The position numbers and the translations under genes are program-made. A stretch of 15,669 nucleotides of DNA from Candidatus Moanibacter sp. GTDB taxonomy: Bacteria; Verrucomicrobiota; Verrucomicrobiia; Opitutales; UBA2987. How positions within the stretch are numbered: the stretch's first letter is position 1; each line of letters opens with the position of its first letter. The stretch is taken from NCBI GenBank assembly GCA_965215885.1, contig CBDCEW010000053.1, positions 1-15,669 of the forward strand, given 5' to 3'. The notes beneath the pieces were generated by a model that was given only the letters and a program-made list of their open reading frames with translations, was not told the DNA's origin and searched no databases. This document shows positions 14,936 through 15,669 of this stretch, one piece after another.

Positions 14936-15640
14936 TCAGAATCGAACAGATTCGAGAAACTGCATGAATGCCTCCCGCTCTTCGTCCACAAGGGGCGTGT
15001 CTCCGGACATCTTGAAGAACCAGGAGTTACCGTTGTGAAAGGTCGTTGCGATAAGACTGCTCTGCGGCCAATCTTTGCCGATTGGAGGGGTTTTACTGGA
15101 AATGTCGATGATTTTGTAGCGAGTTTTTCTTATTTCCAACTCGTTGGTTAGAGCGCCCGCTGCCTCCTCATCGACGGAATCCAGGCCTATCTGGCGGCGC
15201 CATCGGTTGATATTTGCAAGTGCGCCGCCCACCTGGCCGGGAAATGTGGTAATCGAAATGTCAACCAACTGACCGTCTTGGCCTCTGGCGGAAAAACTGG
15301 CGCGCCTCAATTGCGATGGCGGCCCAGGTAACCAATGTTCCGGTTGCGACCATTTGGGATTCGATGCCTCTCCGGCGATCTGAGTAGATGCCGCAGCAAT
15401 ATCCGGATGATCTGGAGGCAAGTTTGACGCCTGACTCGCTCCAGGAGTTGTCGGTCGCTCTTCCCTGGGAACCTCATAATAGCTTATCTGTTCCTTCTGA
15501 CATCCAAAATGAGCGAAGGATATGAGCAGAAGCAGGCAAGACCCGTAACCGCCTCGATTGCGCCTGACGGGGTCATCACATTCTCGGATTGAAGTACCCG
15601 GATGAGGCCTTGACTTGCTGTATCGAAGGTCGGTATCCAT
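14936..15640 (-). CDS. Conserved hypothetical exported or lipoprotein-like protein upstream of resB-ccsA
   Basis: 234-aa ORF ending 30 nt before resB. It has a hydrophobic CLLLLISFAHFGC with a lipobox-like Cys, a low-complexity linker containing LPPDHP, and a globular part with W..PEHW, GGALANINRWRRQIGL and WFFKMSG. Start uncertain. Confidence 0.85.
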   Translation of the reverse strand: MDTDLRYSKSRPHPGTSIRECDDPVRRNRGGYGSCLLLLISFAHFGCQKEQISYYEVPREERPTTPGASQASNLPPDHPDIAAASTQIAGEASNPKWSQPEHWLPGPPSQLRRASFSARGQDGQLVDISITTFPGQVGGALANINRWRRQIGLDSVDEEAAGALTNELEIRKTRYKIIDISSKTPPIGKDWPQSSLIATTFHNGNSWFFKMSGDTPLVDEEREAFMQFLESVRF

Positions 15641-15669
15641 TCGACAGAGTGGAGAAAACTGTTCCTGAA

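Overview
Bacterial chromosomal window, probably PVC superphylum and Verrucomicrobia/Opitutales-like (inference from the RecN variant motifs, the stand-alone HDOD gene and the lipoprotein-resB-ccsA operon). The left part (1-5927) lies downstream of a minus-strand tRNA-Val(GAC) and looks like an eroded accessory island. It holds a cluster of toxin-antitoxin relics (a frameshifted MazF/PemK toxin missed by the ORF track, a DUF433 antitoxin followed by a 9-codon stub of its PIN toxin, an orphan RHH antitoxin), then a GH38 alpha-mannosidase, a divergent aldo/keto reductase, a truncated aldose-epimerase-like gene and an AT-rich att-like patch. The right part holds recN, an HDOD gene interrupted in frame by a ~90-bp two-hairpin insertion, an ArgE-like M20 hydrolase and a convergent System II cytochrome c maturation operon. 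The most striking signals are non-coding. There is a 1.1-kb A-B-B'-A' hairpin array (10741-11835) with a compensatory base change, a related 3-unit hairpin array (6205-6491), and a 24-bp micro-element seen as a filled versus empty site and again in tandem at 37-77. No transposase, integrase, reverse transcriptase or cas gene is visible in the window. All family calls come from motif recognition, not database searches.
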